Part shown: piece by piece, positions 13,290-29,691 of the stretch
Position numbering within the stretch: position 1 is the first letter of the stretch
Layout: the number at the start of each line of letters is the position of its first letter
Source of the DNA: Octopus vulgaris
Taxonomy: Eukaryota
Length of the DNA: 64,000 bases
Assembly: GCA_951406725.2 (NCBI GenBank)
Contig: OX597827.1
Span: 82,274,001 to 82,338,000, forward strand
Direction: 5' to 3'
Made by a program: the position numbers and the translations under genes
Notes under the pieces: generated by a model
Told to the model about the DNA's origin: nothing
The model's input: the letters and a program-made list of their open reading frames with translations, nothing else
The model's database searches: none

Positions 13290-14182
13290 ATGAGGTGGTC
13301 CCAGACTAGTTATGTTTGATGAAAAATAATTTGTTTATGTAAGTTTTAACATCATCTCCTTCGAAATAGTCATCTTGCGCAGCAAAACATCAGTACCAAC
13401 ATACCTTCTGGAATCTGGCCTGGAAGTTGTTTTCCCTAAGTGAGTCAAGGACCTTCAGCGATCCACTCTGGATCTCAATAACGGTGTTAAAATAGCAGCC
13501 TTTGAGCTGCATTTTCAACTTGGGGGAAAACTGGAAGTCTACACGTACAAAAATCTGATGAACAGGGCAGGTGCTGAAGGGATACCATGTTGATTTTGGC
13601 AAGAAAGCCATAAGTGAGGAGAGCTTTGTGACAGGGTGCAATGTGGTCATAAAGAATCCAGTTCTTCATGCTCCACAGATCTGGCCAGTTTTGTTGAATG
13701 TCCTTCAAATGCTTCCAAATCTCATTGATTGTCTTCCAACGAGCCTCATGCACAAGCTGATGGATTTTCTCCACATTTGCAGGGGTGACACTTGTGACCA
13801 GTCTTCAAGATCACTCCTCATCTTCTAGAGATATACTTCCACTTTTCAAGCGCCCGTGTTACTCAAAACATTGCATACAACCCATTGCCTTGTTGCTGTA
13901 AGATTGCCAAAGCAGGCTCAATGTCTCTGTAGCAGACTTACCAAGTTTAATGCTAAATTTCCCATTGGCTCTTTGTTCCTGTCCATGACAAAAACCATAG
14001 ATTACAACATACACGTGATCACAAGAACACAAATTTCACAACTTGCAAAGAAGACACAGCAATGTCACTCAACACACTGCCTCATGAAGTCACTGCTAGC
14101 TCTCACACTGCACATGCAACTGTGTGCTGCCCTCTGTTGGCGTGCTACAAAACTAGTCCTGGAACTTTTTGGTACTGCCTCA
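13290..14182 (-). mobile_element. Decayed mariner transposon
   Basis: Degenerate TIRs (TGAGGCAGTACCAAAAAGTTCCAGGACTAGT) with TA flank. Minus frames WILYDHIAPCH and QHLPCSSDFCTC..FSPKLK resemble HDNAPAH and PYSPDLAPCDF. Frameshifted. Confidence 0.8.
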
Positions 14183-14659
14183 TATCACACATGTGTCAAT
14201 TTATGGCCTTGGCACAGACAACAATGTTAGACACGACATTCAAAGCACACATGTGTAAGCTAACAGTCTTGAAATATGTAACGTAGTTTGTCAGAAATGC
14301 TAGACACATATAACCTGTGAGAACAAGGGCCTCAGCTTCAGTATATGCAGTGGCATGGATAGTCGTAGATACCCAACACATGTAGCATGTATAATTAGGG
14401 CTTTTGTCACATCTGTCTGTATGCGTAGTCAGAAATACATAAAATATGTCAGAATTATTGGTTCTGAAACATGCACTATTAATAATCATAGAGACCACAT
14501 CTATGCTACATGAGTGAATTTAATTTTCTTGAAACATGCAACATGTACATTCTAGCAATCTAAATAGGAAACATGTAACATGTTTAGATTGATAATGTAA
14601 GAAAATAAGCATTTTGACTTGGACAGATGTTGTACATGAGAATGAGAGCTTTCCACCCT

Positions 14660-14795
14660 TCCAAACTTGTAGCACAATTAAACTGATAACCTCCTCCATA
14701 AAAACATGTAGCACAATTAAACTGATAACCTCCTCCATAAAAAACATGTAGCACAGTTAAAGTGATAACCTCCCTTTCCAAACATGTAGCACAAA
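14660..14795. repeat. Minisatellite, ~39-bp unit, about 3.5 copies
   Basis: AAACATGTAGCACAATTAAACTGATAACCTCCTCCATA repeated in tandem. Confidence 0.85.
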
Positions 14796-16477
14796 CAATT
14801 CTAACTTGTCTACTGATCACGGAATAACAACCAGAATCTTTAGAAACTGGTGACTGGGTGTCTTCTGCAACACCAAGTTTCTGATTCCTCTTCTGATGTC
14901 CCCAAGACTTCAGTGATTACATGAAGTCTTCACATCATAGAACAGACATTGTTTAACTTAATGACAGCCACACACCAACCAACTTCTCCATTCCAGTTGT
15001 TCTTTTTGACAGGAGGCCCCTTAGAACAAAAGAAAACAACATATTAACACAAACATATTCTTTAAATAAGATTAGATAAACATTGAGGGAATACCCTAAG
15101 GGATTAACTTTGCTATCACAGGGACCCAAACACTTTGTGCTTTCTGAGTTTCAAGTCATGTGACCATTTACACTGTTCAACTTGAATTGCAAATATAATG
15201 CCTGTAAGACATTTGCTAACCTCATCATGCACCAACAGAAAATCAAACACACACATACACACATATGCTCACATACACACACATGCACAGAGTAAAGAAA
15301 ACATAGGATGCAATTCAAAGCCTGCCTTGTTTACTTTCTGACTCCTCCTCTTCCTCTTCTACCTCCATCCAGAAAATAAAAACAACAAAAACAACTTAAA
15401 TCTCGGAGACAAATATGAAGGGAAAAAAAATTAAAATAATAATAAAGATACAAACTTGTTCAAATAAGAGACAAACTGCAAGTTTATTTTATGAAAAGAC
15501 AATGTTTGTTTTTAATTAAATAATTGTAGGTGTGTGTTCGTTAAATCAAGTTGGAAATACAAAAGGAAAACATTCAGAGCTCAACAGCAAAACACAATAA
15601 ACAGCTTGCTTCTACTGCTGCTGCTGCTGCTGCTGCTGCCTAAGGTTAGAATCCTGTGGAACATTCTGGGTTTACTGAAGAAATAAGACACACGCATAGG
15701 GGGTGGGGAGAGGAGCTATAGCAACAACAACAACACTAATGATAACAGTATCAACACCACCACCACCACCACTAACAACAACAACAATAATATAAAATAG
15801 TTAAGGTGATGAGAGAGAGAGTTACTATATGGTTTTTGAACTTGCTAGAAACACCAGCCAAATCTCACTCAAGACACACATCAATGTCTTAAAGATGGAA
15901 AGAACACATCAGATAATTTATTCATAGGTACGTGTCATTAGAAAGGATGGTCATGGCTGGAATGACTTTGATCATAGGTCTGCTTCATCAGAGTTGACAA
16001 TAACACCGAACTCAGTTAAACCCCTACATACAACAATAGCAAAAGTAGTAGTAGTGGTGGTGGTGGTAGTGGCAGTAGTGGTTGTAGTAGTGGTTGTAGT
16101 AGTAGTGGGAGCAGCAGTGGCACATGCAATGGCTGTACCTTAAAAATCAATGAAAAGAAATGGTTAAGTATTCTACAGATGGAAATGGCCAAAGAGCCTT
16201 TGTCATGAACCAAAAGAGGTAACTGTTTGAAAGATGAACTCAAAATGAGAAGGGGTTCATTTTTAATTACTGATAATTTATTTTATTGACTTCAGAGGAC
16301 TGAAAGGTTCATTGGACCTCAGTGGAATTTGAACTCAGAATGCAAAAGAACCAGAAGGAATACTGTAAGACATCTTTTCCAGTGCCACTTTACTGCCTGA
16401 CTGAGGGGCTTTGTTGTGGTAACAAGAACAGATGGGATCACTACATATAAATAGTAACAGTCGCCATGATAGATCAT

Positions 16478-16653
16478 TAGCCACTACACTCATTTTTTTT
16501 CTCTCCTTGTTTTTTTCTGTGTCCCTTTCTGTAGTAGAGCATAGGCTCGAAATGTAAAAGACTTTTTCTATTCCTGAGTGTAATACTAATACATCTGTTT
16601 GTTTTGTACGCCACCTGTCTTCATATTTTGTTTTTTTTCGTAAACTCTCCCTA
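16478..16653 (+). mobile_element. Second copy of the 1006-1182 element with variant HHR core (16525-16560)
   Basis: CTTT CTGTAGT A GAGC ATAG GCTC GAAA TG T A AAAG; reverse complement of 1006-1182. Confidence 0.6.
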
Positions 16654-16666
16654 AATAGTAGCAGTC

Positions 16667-17210
16667 TGATGTAGTCAGCAGTTTGTAGTTTGCTCTTCAA
16701 AGTCCAGGTGCAATTTACAGTTTGAGGGAGTGTCTTGGAAATATTGATTGTCGGTTCGTTACATGTTTGTTTCTGCTGCTGTTTCTATTTTGTACTGTTA
16801 TAACAGTGTTTGTTCCCATGTATTCTTTATCTATCATGTGACCATATCAGTCGTACTGTGATATTGGAGGCATAAGGATATAACATCTGGTGAAGAGGAT
16901 TTTTTAAAGTTCACATAGGTTATTTGACAATTTGTGCGTCATACAAATTGTTAGGTTATGGAGAGCCTATTGATTGCAGTAATACAGCCCTCAAGAGAAG
17001 CAACAAAAACAACTACAGGAGTTGCAGAAGCAAATATTACAACAACAACAATTAATTGAGTTACAGTCAAAGAAGTCTGAAAATTCATTAAGTTCGTTTA
17101 TGCCAGATGGTGTGGGGAACTCGATTTCTGAATTCACTTATAATCCAGAAGAGGATATTATGTCTCCTGCATACTATAGAAGGCACAAGGAAATTTTTAA
17201 CAAAGATTGA
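16667..17210 (+). mobile_element. Gypsy LTR retrotransposon stub (LTR + PBS + gag start), probably Mag-like
   Basis: TG...ATAACA LTR-like segment (16667-16885) followed by PBS-like TGGTGAAGAGGA. The gag-like frame QKQILQQQQ...NSISEFTYNPEEDIMSPAYYRRHKEIF follows. Confidence 0.7.
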
Positions 17211-17437
17211 AGGTCATGTGTGTATATATACAAAGATTGTATACACACACACACACACACATATATATAAAATAAAAAAAGAACAAAAACGTAATATAGG
17301 ACAATAAAACATTCGGACAGATAGATGATACAAAGGCAGACAAGAGAAACAACAATTAGAAGGACAGGCAAAAACAGACGTGTCATTTGTGGCCTTCTTT
17401 CTTCAGTTAAGTACCAGAAGTCATGACTATTTCGGAC

Positions 17438-17478
<41 letters not shown>

Positions 17479-17480
17479 CA

Positions 17481-18856
17481 CAGGGTGTGCAGAAATTAAG
17501 GCAACCAAAGCTTTGGGCTTTAATAACTATCAATAAAATGTGATAAGATATGAAAATTATCCATCATTATAAAAGCTTAGTGTGTCTTCTTTTTGTTTCA
17601 GACTAAATAAATTCAGATTTATAAATTAGATGATGGCTATAGACCGAAATACAATCATAACCCTCCACAAAGGAGGTGGAAGCAATACAACTATAGCAAA
17701 AAAAGCTTAAAATTAACCGAACAACAGTCTAGAAAATTGTCAAGAGATTTTTACTACACTCACAGAGTGGTTGGCATTAGGAAGGGCATCCAGCTGTAGA
17801 AACACTGCCAGATCAGACTGGAGCCTGGTGCAGCCTTCTGGCTTCCCAGATCCCGGTCGAACTGTCCAACCCATGCTAGCATGGAGAACAGACGTTAAAC
17901 GATGATGATGATGATTTCAAGAGACTGGTTCCACCACTGATCAATCTGCACGTGGCTGTAAAAGAAATGTGTAGGCCCTTCAGCTTATCAAAAGTGCCAG
18001 AAAAAGGATACAGTGAAATTCTTGTTGTTCCATCAGAGAACTGGCTGCCACAGCAAAAATAAGCTGAACATTGATGGATCAAGTGCTGAAAGAGGATCTC
18101 AGGACCCACCCCTACAAGATGATCTGCCGTCATAAGCTCACGCACGTTTATAAGACCATGATACTGGAGAGAAGTCGTCTGATCCTGCATCAGATTGCTG
18201 AAAGCATGCTGGTCAACCTGGTACTCACTATGAAAAGAAATTTGACACTGAATTGACAGTAAACCACCAGAATGACCGTTTTTGGCATGTGTCTGGCTCT
18301 GTTGAGTGTAGACTTGTAAATCGACGTCAAAATCCAAAGTCAGTTATAGTCTTCCCTCGTTTTTGTGCCCTCAGGTGTTAAAATTAACACCCAGTGATAC
18401 ATAAGTGACATTCTTCCATGGGCTTCCATGGCAAATAAGCATTTTCAAGGTACCCCTTGGAGCATCCAACTGGACTTGGCCCCATCCCACAGTTCCAAAC
18501 AGAAAAATATTTCATCGTTCATAGGCAAGGATGTATGGCCCTCAAGAAGCCCTAATCTCAATCTGTTGGATTCTTCTGTTTGGTCCATCTTGGAGACAAG
18601 GCTCTCGAGCACACCTCATGCATTTCTCGACATTCTGAAGGTCTGGACTATACAAGAGCAGCTGCGTGCTGTGTGTGTGAAACATTCATACCTAGGATGT
18701 AATTCAAAAGAGAGGAGGTCATATCAAATAGATGTGGTAGTGTCATGATTGTATATTCTTTACCATTGCATTGCAATGCTCAGACCCAAAATATAACAAT
18801 ATTTTGCTTTGACAAAATTGAAAAAAAGTCGGTTGTCTTAAATTTGGGACACCCTA
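17481..18856 (+). mobile_element. Decayed Tc1/mariner-superfamily transposon (maT-like), interrupted by an RTE tail
   Basis: TIRs CAGGGTGTGCAGAAATTAAGGCAACC / GGTTGTCTTAAATTTGGGACACCCT. HTH start MAIDRNTIITLHKGG..TIAKK and catalytic remnants QLDLAPSH and WPSRSPNLNLLDSSVWSILE. Confidence 0.85.
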
Positions 18857-19135
18857 TACACACACACACACACACACACACACAAAGATACGACATGTAC
18901 AACAACATAGACTATACACAAACAGCTATTGTTGCTACAATAGCTGAGTCGGTTGAGCTGCAAACTGTGATGGAATGTCTAAAAGTTAAACTGTAACAAA
19001 CACTCAAACACACACACAACAGAGAGGGAGAGAGAAAAGAGGAGTGAGAGAGTGGAGGTGTCAATAACGGCTGTTATCTGTTGACCAAAGACATCGTTTT
19101 AGAGCAGACTGTGCAGGAAGTAAAGAATTATACAT

Positions 19136-19210
<75 letters not shown>

Positions 19211-19269
19211 GAAAGAAAGAAAATTAGTAAATTGTGAAAGAAGGGGGGAAGGGGAGGGAGAGAGAAAGA

Positions 19270-19719
19270 ATTGGATTAAATCAGAAGTTAGTCTCAGAAC
19301 TTCGTTAAAGATTTACATTTAATAATTTCCTGTTCCAGCGTCTAGCATCGACCATTATTTGCCGTCATTGTTCCAGCTTTGCATTTACAACCCAGTGACT
19401 GGACAACCACGATAACATAACATTCTGTGTCAATCAAACAACACCATTTTCATCAACCTCTCCATTCTTTATCGTCTGCCAAGTTCGTAGCAAGAGTTAA
19501 TGGCTTTAAAATCTAGCAATTTTCACTGAAAAACGAAATACAATAAAAGAACTCTGTGCTTCAGGCATTTTTTCCTCTTCTTTCTCTTCTTGCTCCCCGA
19601 AATTTTTGCATTCAATTTTACCAATTCTCTGTTGACCTTGTTGATGCTGCCGTTGGCTGTTTTCTCTGTTGTGTCATGGCGCTACTTTCCAAACGTTGAG
19701 AGAATTTCAATGGAATAAG
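19270..19719 (+). other. Candidate non-coding first exon / 5' UTR
   Basis: ~450 bp of unique, CpG-retaining sequence ending in donor-like AAG|GTGTGT. It contains only short ATG-initiated ORFs. Confidence 0.3.
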
Positions 19720-20059
19720 GTGTGTGTTGTGTATATATATACTGCATATATAGTATCTGTGTATTTACAGTATGTGTGTGTGGTGTATATAGTATCTGTG
19801 TTTATAAACTATGTGTGCGTTATGTGTATAATGTATTTGTGGCTTGTATAGTGTAGATAATGTAAAACTAGTGTATATGTGTATGTATGAATGTTGTGTG
19901 CATAATTTAATTGAGTGTGGTGCATACATATGTATATGTATATGCACTGCACAATGTGTAGAGTGTCTGGTATATATATATATGTATATATATTTATACA
20001 CTCTATATACAGTGTGTCTGTATATAGTGTGTATGTAGATGTGTATACAATGTATAAGC

Positions 20060-20099
<40 letters not shown>

Positions 20100-21097
20100 G
20101 GTGCTTCTCACAAGTATTCACTTCACAGCATCTCAGTCACGTTCTGTCATAGAGATGTTGTTGTTGTCACTGGTGTCCTTCAGGTGGCTGTCATCACTGT
20201 TGTTATTGCTGTTGTTATCTTTGGTGGTGGTGGTGGTGGTGGTGGTTGTAGTAGTGGTGATATTGATGGTGTTGGTGTCAGTGTTGGTGATAACAGTGAA
20301 GTCAATCCTATGGACTAATGTTGTTGTTGTTGTTGTAGGTATTGTTGTTAAGCAGACTTTTGGACACCCACTCATCTTCTTGTCATAGAACATCTAGGAA
20401 TACATCATCCAAATGTGAAGGAGATTTGATAGCTATTTCTAGCCGGTGGACTGACCAACTGGAGGCCTGTTGCTCTTGATGTACCATACCACCACCAGAT
20501 GGAGCTTTATGCATACATTGGTATATATAACAGTGTGTTATGTTACAGGCTGTTGGTTCTCGTGGTGGCTAGAGTAGTGGTGGTCACGGCTGGATCGTCA
20601 TATTTGTTTGTTCAATTGTTCATTCTATAAACAATATAGAATTCAGACAATCTCATCATAGTTTGATTTGACTTTGATTCACTTGGGAATACATAACAAC
20701 AACAACAGCAAGAGATAAAGCCAGTATAAGTTGCTTGTTTGTTAGATATAGTAGCTAAATTTCCCTCAAATCATACTCTACATTCTGAAATTAGGAAAGA
20801 ACACACTGGAAAATGTAGTTCTATATACACACATAATATATATCTTTTATCTTTTACTTGTTTCACTTATTGGATTGCAGGATGTATGTAATGTGTGTGT
20901 TTGTGCGTCTGTGTTTGTGTGTGTGTGTGTGTGTGTGTACATAGGCATGGTTGTGTTGCAAGAAGCTTGTTCCCCAACCATATGGCTTTGGGTTCAGTCC
21001 CACTGTGTAGCACCTTGGACCACTGTCTTCAGCTAGAGCCTTGGGCTGACTGAAACCCTGTGAGTGGATTTGGCAGACAGAAACCGAAAGAATCCTG

Positions 21098-21140
<43 letters not shown>

Positions 21141-21143
<3 letters not shown>

Positions 21144-21480
21144 GAGGGTAAGTCAAAAAGTAATGTCATTTTGTTTAGGACAGATATAATTACCAACACA
21201 GGAACATGTATCATACATCAAAATGAAACTGGTCCTCTGTGGATCACATCCCTACTTCTCAACATAGTCACTGTTTCTCTCAATAGCAATGTTCCACCTC
21301 CAAATGAGAGCATGTATCCTTGCCCCATAAAATTCTGTTGACTGTTCTTTCAGCCACTTCTTCACTACAGTTTTCACTTCCTCATCAATGGACTATCATC
21401 TCTCCGGCCCCATGACAGAGGTTTTGAGGAAGTGAAAACTGTATTGAAGAAGTGGCTCAAAGAACAGTCAACAGAATTTT
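21141..21480. mobile_element. Fold-back mariner derivative
   Basis: Mariner-type end GAGGGTAAGTCAAAAAGT. A ~55-bp inverted repeat (21330-21384 / 21425-21479) encodes transposase C-terminal EEVKTVLKKWLKEQSTEF. Confidence 0.7.
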
Positions 21481-21482
21481 AC

Positions 21483-21697
21483 AGTTCAGCTTCCAGAATG
21501 TCACTAATGTAGCACTGTCTGTTAATTTTAACACAAAAGGACACAAAAATGAGGGAAGACCTTCCAGTGGCTGTCTCAGCTGCTCAAAGCATAACGGACT
21601 GTAGGTTTTGATGTTGATTTACGAGTCTACCCTTAGCACATTTATTGATAGTTATTAAAGCCGGAAACTTTGATTGCCCTAATTTCGGGACACCCTG
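21483..21697 (-). mobile_element. Internally deleted relative of the 17481-18856 transposon
   Basis: Terminal CAGGGTGTCCCGAAATTAGGGCAATC plus TA. Internal part is homologous to ~18295-18415. Confidence 0.75.
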
Positions 21698-21751
21698 TAT
21701 GTATATATATATATATATATATACTTTATTTAAAGCAGCAGAAAATTCAAC

Positions 21752-21799
21752 AAAACCTGTTACTCTGAGTTTCCTGTTGCCGTTCATCGGACAGATTTT
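21752..21799 (-). ncRNA. Type I hammerhead ribozyme (U4C variant) at a 43-bp fold-back
   Basis: Minus strand: AAAATCTGT CCGATGA A CGG CAA CAG GAAA CTC A GAG T A ACAGGTTTT. 9-bp stem I and palindromic stem III; stem II has a mismatch. Confidence 0.7.
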
Positions 21800-21990
21800 G
21801 CTAGAGTAACAGGTTTTGTTGAATTTTCTGCTGCTTTAAATAAAGCATATTACTCTACCACTGGTATTTGAGTACTCTTTTTTCCACCTTGTTTCCATTT
21901 ATGTGTTTACTCCGGTATATATATATATATATATATATGCACACACACACACATATATATTATGTAGTCACTGGCGATGACCAGTCAGAA

Positions 21991-22053
21991 AGCTATCTTT
22001 GGTTTCACATCTATTATTGCTGCTCTTAGCAAAACAGGTGACTCATCAGACCT
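21991..22053 (-). ncRNA. Hammerhead remnant
   Basis: Minus strand: GGT CTGATGA GT CACCTGTT...AATAGATGT GAAA CC AAA GA T A GCT, in a TA-flanked insert. Confidence 0.4.
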
Positions 22054-22599
22054 GCTGACGAGAGGCACACATATATGCATATATATATATTTTCGTATAT
22101 AATATGAGGGCACATTATGGTGTTGCTAGGGTGTTGATCTTAACATCATAGGTTCACTCCCTAGTCTGGACAGTGCATTGTTCCTTAGAGCAAGACACTT
22201 CATTTCATGTTGCTCCCATCAGCTCAATTCGAAATGAGTCGCCACCAAAGTGCTGGTGCAGCTCACTCTCTCCCTCCACTTTTCACATATTTGATGTCCC
22301 GTTGGATGAAGAGCTCAGCAGATACCTTTGTCTACTTGTCGAAATGCAGGGTCCTGAAATAGCTTGTGAAAGTGGGATGCAAACTAGTAGACCATACCAG
22401 ATCATTCATAAGAGGTGGCTCAGCTTAGATATAGTCCTGTAGGGCCAGTTGAAGGAAGGGGAAAAGAGGGAGCTGTACCACAGACTAGAGTGACATAAAG
22501 TAAAGTATCTCTGTCAAAGGCTGCCCATTGCAGGCATTGAACTTGTGGTCATCAACCAAACCACAAGGCCATGCATTCTCACACGTACATGTATATATA

Positions 22600-22821
22600 C
22601 AGTAATCCCTTGACTATCACGGGTGTTACATTCCAAAACACACCACAGCAGGTGAAAATCCATGAAGTAGAAACAGTACTCTACTGGAAATTATTTTCGT
22701 TATCCTTATAATTTGTATATATTTATTTGATTATAAATGCAAAATAACACCATTGAGGAACTGACGTCAGCTTAAATAATAAACCACGAGAGGTGATCCG
22801 CGATATGGTGAAGGATTGTTG
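22600..22821. mobile_element. pogo/Tigger-type MITE
   Basis: TA-CAGTAATCCCTTGACTATCACGG ... CCGCGATATGGTGAAGGATTGTTG-TA; degenerate TIRs with TA TSD. Confidence 0.7.
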
Positions 22822-23084
22822 TATATATAAAGAGAGAGAGAGAGAGAGAGAAATTGAGATAGATATAGGTAGACAGAATGATTGACAGATAGATACAAAT
22901 GAATACATACATACATACATACATACATGCATACATACACACACATACATACATACATACATACATACATACATACATACATACATACATACATGCATAT
23001 ATACACACATACACACATACATACACACACACATACATACATACATACATACACACATACATATATACATACATACATACATAC

Positions 23085-23127
<43 letters not shown>

Positions 23128-24436
23128 GGGAAAGACAGAAACAGAGAGAGAGAGAGAGAGAGATCTTTAGACCTTACAGTATATATACTGCATGGTTTCT
23201 ATGATCTTTTTGATATTTCATTTGTTTGTGTATATTTGTTGCAGTGAGTATATGATGATGCAAGTGTGTATATGCTGAGGTCTATAGGCATAAATTTATG
23301 CTTTGAAGTGAGCATATATCTACTCATATGTCTGTGTGTGTATGCGTTTATTTGTATGTGTGTGTGTGTGTATAAGCATATTGCATATATATACACATAT
23401 CTCTATGATTCTATATATGCATCCCTTTATCTTTTTATCTCTCATTCTATATACATGCTTACACTCAAAGATATATAAGCATGTGTATATGCATGTGAAT
23501 GCATATACATCCATAGATATAGATCTGTAAAATTTGTTGAGTGAAAAGCTGAAAGGTATATGGACGTAGAATCTGGGTGGACGTAAGATGTAATTATGGA
23601 GCAGCCAGAGGCATGAGGGGACAACGGGAGAGTATGTGTGCGTGTATGTGTGTAAATATGTATGTATGTGTATATTTGAAGGGCAAACCACTATGTGGTC
23701 GGCCGTATGCTATGTATGTATGAATGCATATATATATATATATATTTATATTTACACTTTGGATCATATGTAACCACTTGAGAGAGAAAGAGTGTGGCTG
23801 AAACAGATTGGATCTGGTCATCTTTGATGTAAACCTCACCTTGTGATCTTTATCTTTTATACATCAGTATGGTGATGGTGGTGGTGGTGGTGGTGGTGGT
23901 GGCAGCACCGTTTGTTGAAATATGCATGTATATGCAGGTTGGTATATAGACGGGCATGTACGGAACATGCTGTATTATTGATGATGGTATGTGTCTGTGT
24001 GCAGGTGTGTATGGGAGAGGGAATACTTGCTTAGATGTGTGTGGGTCTCTACAAATATATGTGTGTAGATGTGTGAATGCTGAAACTTGAAGGTAGATCT
24101 GCTCGGGTATGTGTATGTAGATGTGAGCATGTGTGTGTGTGTGTGTGTGTGTGAATGTATTTGCTACTGCATTTGTGTGTGCCTGTTTGTATATGTGTGT
24201 GTATTTGTAGATGTGTGTATGTGTTTGAAGACAGATGTGCATATTTTTCGATAGGTATACAGAACAGCATACATCCACACGTATACATAATTACATATAC
24301 ATAAGTACATTAAACACACAGATATGTATATTATATATGTATGTATGTATATATAGACACACACACACATTTATATATCTATCTATTCCACTGTATACAT
24401 ATAAATAGTATGAATATATCTGAATACACTCACTCA

Positions 24437-24470
<34 letters not shown>

Positions 24471-25170
24471 CATTTACAAATATACATATTTACATTACTA
24501 AATGCAGACATGCCACATTGGTAGAATAAACTATCAGTAGGATGTTTTGCAAGATTCATTCTGGCTGTGCAGTTTCAAATCCTGCTGAAGTCAACTTTAC
24601 TTTCATTCTTTAGATAAATAAAGATGAACAACTAAACCAATACACTTCTGTCTGTCTGTCTCTCTCGCATTGGTAACTTAAAGGACTAGCCATGTCACTG
24701 TGTGATTTCGTTTGGCATGAAAATTGCATCATGAGCAGACATGTCTGTGGAATACTCAGCCACTTTCACACCAATTCCCCAATAGAATTCAGAGTAACCA
24801 TCACCAAAGAATGCATTTCCATTCGGTTATCTCTCTTGCCATTTCATTTGCAGAAATACATCAGAAGCAATGGTGGGATTGCTATATATGTATTTCTGCA
24901 TCTTTGAACATCATCAATAGCAAGTGTCCATAGGTTGCTGCATGCTAAGACAAATTTAACCTCCACTGATATAGAATAACAGTGATTAACAAACAACCTC
25001 CACTTCTGTTGGACACTTTTCATCTGCTACAGACATACTTCTGTGTTTTAAAACACCATAAGTCTTTACAAGATGATTTCTTGAGATAAATACCACAGTT
25101 TTCAGGTATTAAGTATGATATGCAGAATGCCATTTTGAACTAATACGGCTTCGGTCATTTATGAAGTATT

Positions 25171-25242
<72 letters not shown>

Positions 25243-25725
25243 ATTCCTTGTCAATGTATATACTCTTTACTCTTTACTCTTTTACTTGTTTCAGTCATTT
25301 GACTGCAGCCATGCTGGAGCACCGCCTTTAGTTGAGCAAATCGACCCCGGGACTTATTCTTTGTAAGCCTAGTACTTATCCTATCAGTCACTTTTGCCAA
25401 ACCGCTAAGTGACGGGGAGTAGTTCTCTAGTTAATCATCAGACCAAAGATACCATAGTTATATGAATGTTACCTTGTTGTTAAGGAATCCCATAGAATTA
25501 AGGTATCTTTGGCCTAATGAGTAACTAGTAGAGTACTCTTTGTTGAATAATTATTACTTCCAAGGTTCTGCTAGGAAACCTATGGAGCCTGGATTCTACC
25601 TGCTCTATTCTTTCCATTTGAATATATATAGACATGTGTGTGTATACACAAAATCATACACATAGAAACATACATATATATATACATATATATATATATA
25701 TACATATATATATACATATATATAT

Positions 25726-27545
<1,820 letters not shown>

Positions 27546-28730
27546 TATATATCTTCAAGACCTTCTGTATCAAATAGAATACCATAGCATTTAACCAATG
27601 CATAGAACTCCATGTACATACTTGTATATCCAAATTCCAATCAGGTATTAAGGATAATTAACCCACAACAAGTTAAAATATGAAACCTTCTGTTGTCAAT
27701 AAATAACGGATTAAATTCCTATTTTCTTCTGAAGATCTGGTATTTCAATGTGATTATACAATCATCTACATAATGGCCATTGCATAACATACTAGTATTC
27801 ATTAATTAGACATGTGAACATTATATATATTCTGGTGGTGGTGGTGGTGGGGGTTTAGGAGATTCATAATGCCAATAATAATACACACACAGGTTCAATT
27901 TTACTTCTTTATTGTTAGTCAATGGATGAAATATCTCACCAACTAAATAACTGGTAATTTGTTCAATGCGCTGGTTTAACAATGAATCAGTTGCGTCAAG
28001 GCACAAAAAGAAAATGACTCTCCCCAGACACAACAGAATATGCTTCAACACACGAACTCATATAAAGAATCTTGCAAACCAAATCCAAAAACGAAATGAA
28101 TCAGCTGTTTGCTAGTTAAAGTTCTTTTGTTGGTGTTCATTTCCATTCTTTCATGAAAAACATGTTAGCGATGGGGAAATATTAGCTTCTTTGGAAAGAG
28201 TTGAAGGTTAGTAACAGGAAGAGCACCCAGCTGTAGAAAATATCTGCTTCTAGAAATTCTATCCATTCCATCTATGCATGTAAAGAAGAATGTCAAATGA
28301 TGTATGTTAGATCAAAACATGTTAAAAGGTAAATTCGATGCAAAATGAACAAAATACAAAACTATTTCTTCAATATTTTGAGGTTAAAACCTCTTCATTG
28401 GGACATAAGGAGAAATGGGACACAAGATGAAGATGAGGCAACATGGCCGATGCCAGCACCACCTTGACTGGCTCCCATGCTGGTGGAATGTAAAAAGCAC
28501 CAACTGATCGTGGTTGTTGCCAGCCCCCTCTGGCCCCTGTGCCAGTGAAACAAAAACAGCACTCACTATACTGTCGGAGTGGTTGGTGTTAGGAAGGGCA
28601 TCCAGCTGTAGAAACACTGCCAGATCAGACTGGAGCCTGGAGCAGCCTCCTGGCTTCCCTGACCTCAATTGAACTGTCCAACCCATGGCAGCATAAAAAA
28701 AACAGACGTTAAATGATGATAATGATGAGG

Positions 28731-28768
<38 letters not shown>

Positions 28769-29462
28769 AGCAACCCACCCCCCATCCAATGGACGGTGCT
28801 GAAACCAAATTTTCTCAAAACAACTTCTCTGACCGTCCCATAGGCACTCCCCTTTGAGAAACACTGAGTTAACCTAAATGCGGAGGAAGAGAACTGATTA
28901 CAGAGTTGTTGCACAGAAACTCAGATTCCTAAATGTAAATATGTAAATATTCCAAACACACACATGTGCACACATACACATGCTTACAGACACACAAATA
29001 CACACACAAACACACACACACACACATACACACACACACACATATATATTGACAGGCTTCTTTGAGTTTCTGTCAAGTGAGTCCCTTACAATGCTTTAGG
29101 GTTTTAACAGAAAATGCTTGACCAATGTGCAATGATGTGGGATTGAACCCAGAACCATGTGGTGGAAAGCACACATCTTACCACATAGCTATATGTATGT
29201 GTGTGTCTGTGTGTTTATGTATGTTTCTATTTGTGTCTGCGTTAGTGACCCTATTGTTTTGTGCCCATCACAATCATTACATAAAAAGAAACTGGACAAA
29301 CAAGGATTGTTTTATCAGAAATCATTTGTTTAGCTCTAAAATGGTGAAAGTGGCAGAAATGCCCGACTGACCAAACTTTTGCTTCTTGTTAACACAGAAA
29401 TATACTCTGTCAACAGAGTACTCTGTCCTTTTAACACTTGCTCTATATTACCATGCATTTTG

Positions 29463-29504
<42 letters not shown>

Positions 29505-29628
29505 ATATATGCACACACACACACACACACATATATACACGCATGAATATATATGCATGCATGTATGTATGTATGTATGCATGATCTATATCTATACATC
29601 ACAAAAATTTTGTGTGGGTGTATGTGTA

Positions 29629-29691
<63 letters not shown>

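Noticed and set aside
24690-24830. Minus-strand frame containing FYWGIG
   Set aside because: It overlaps a decayed SINE body similar to ~5260-5350 and is bounded by stops.
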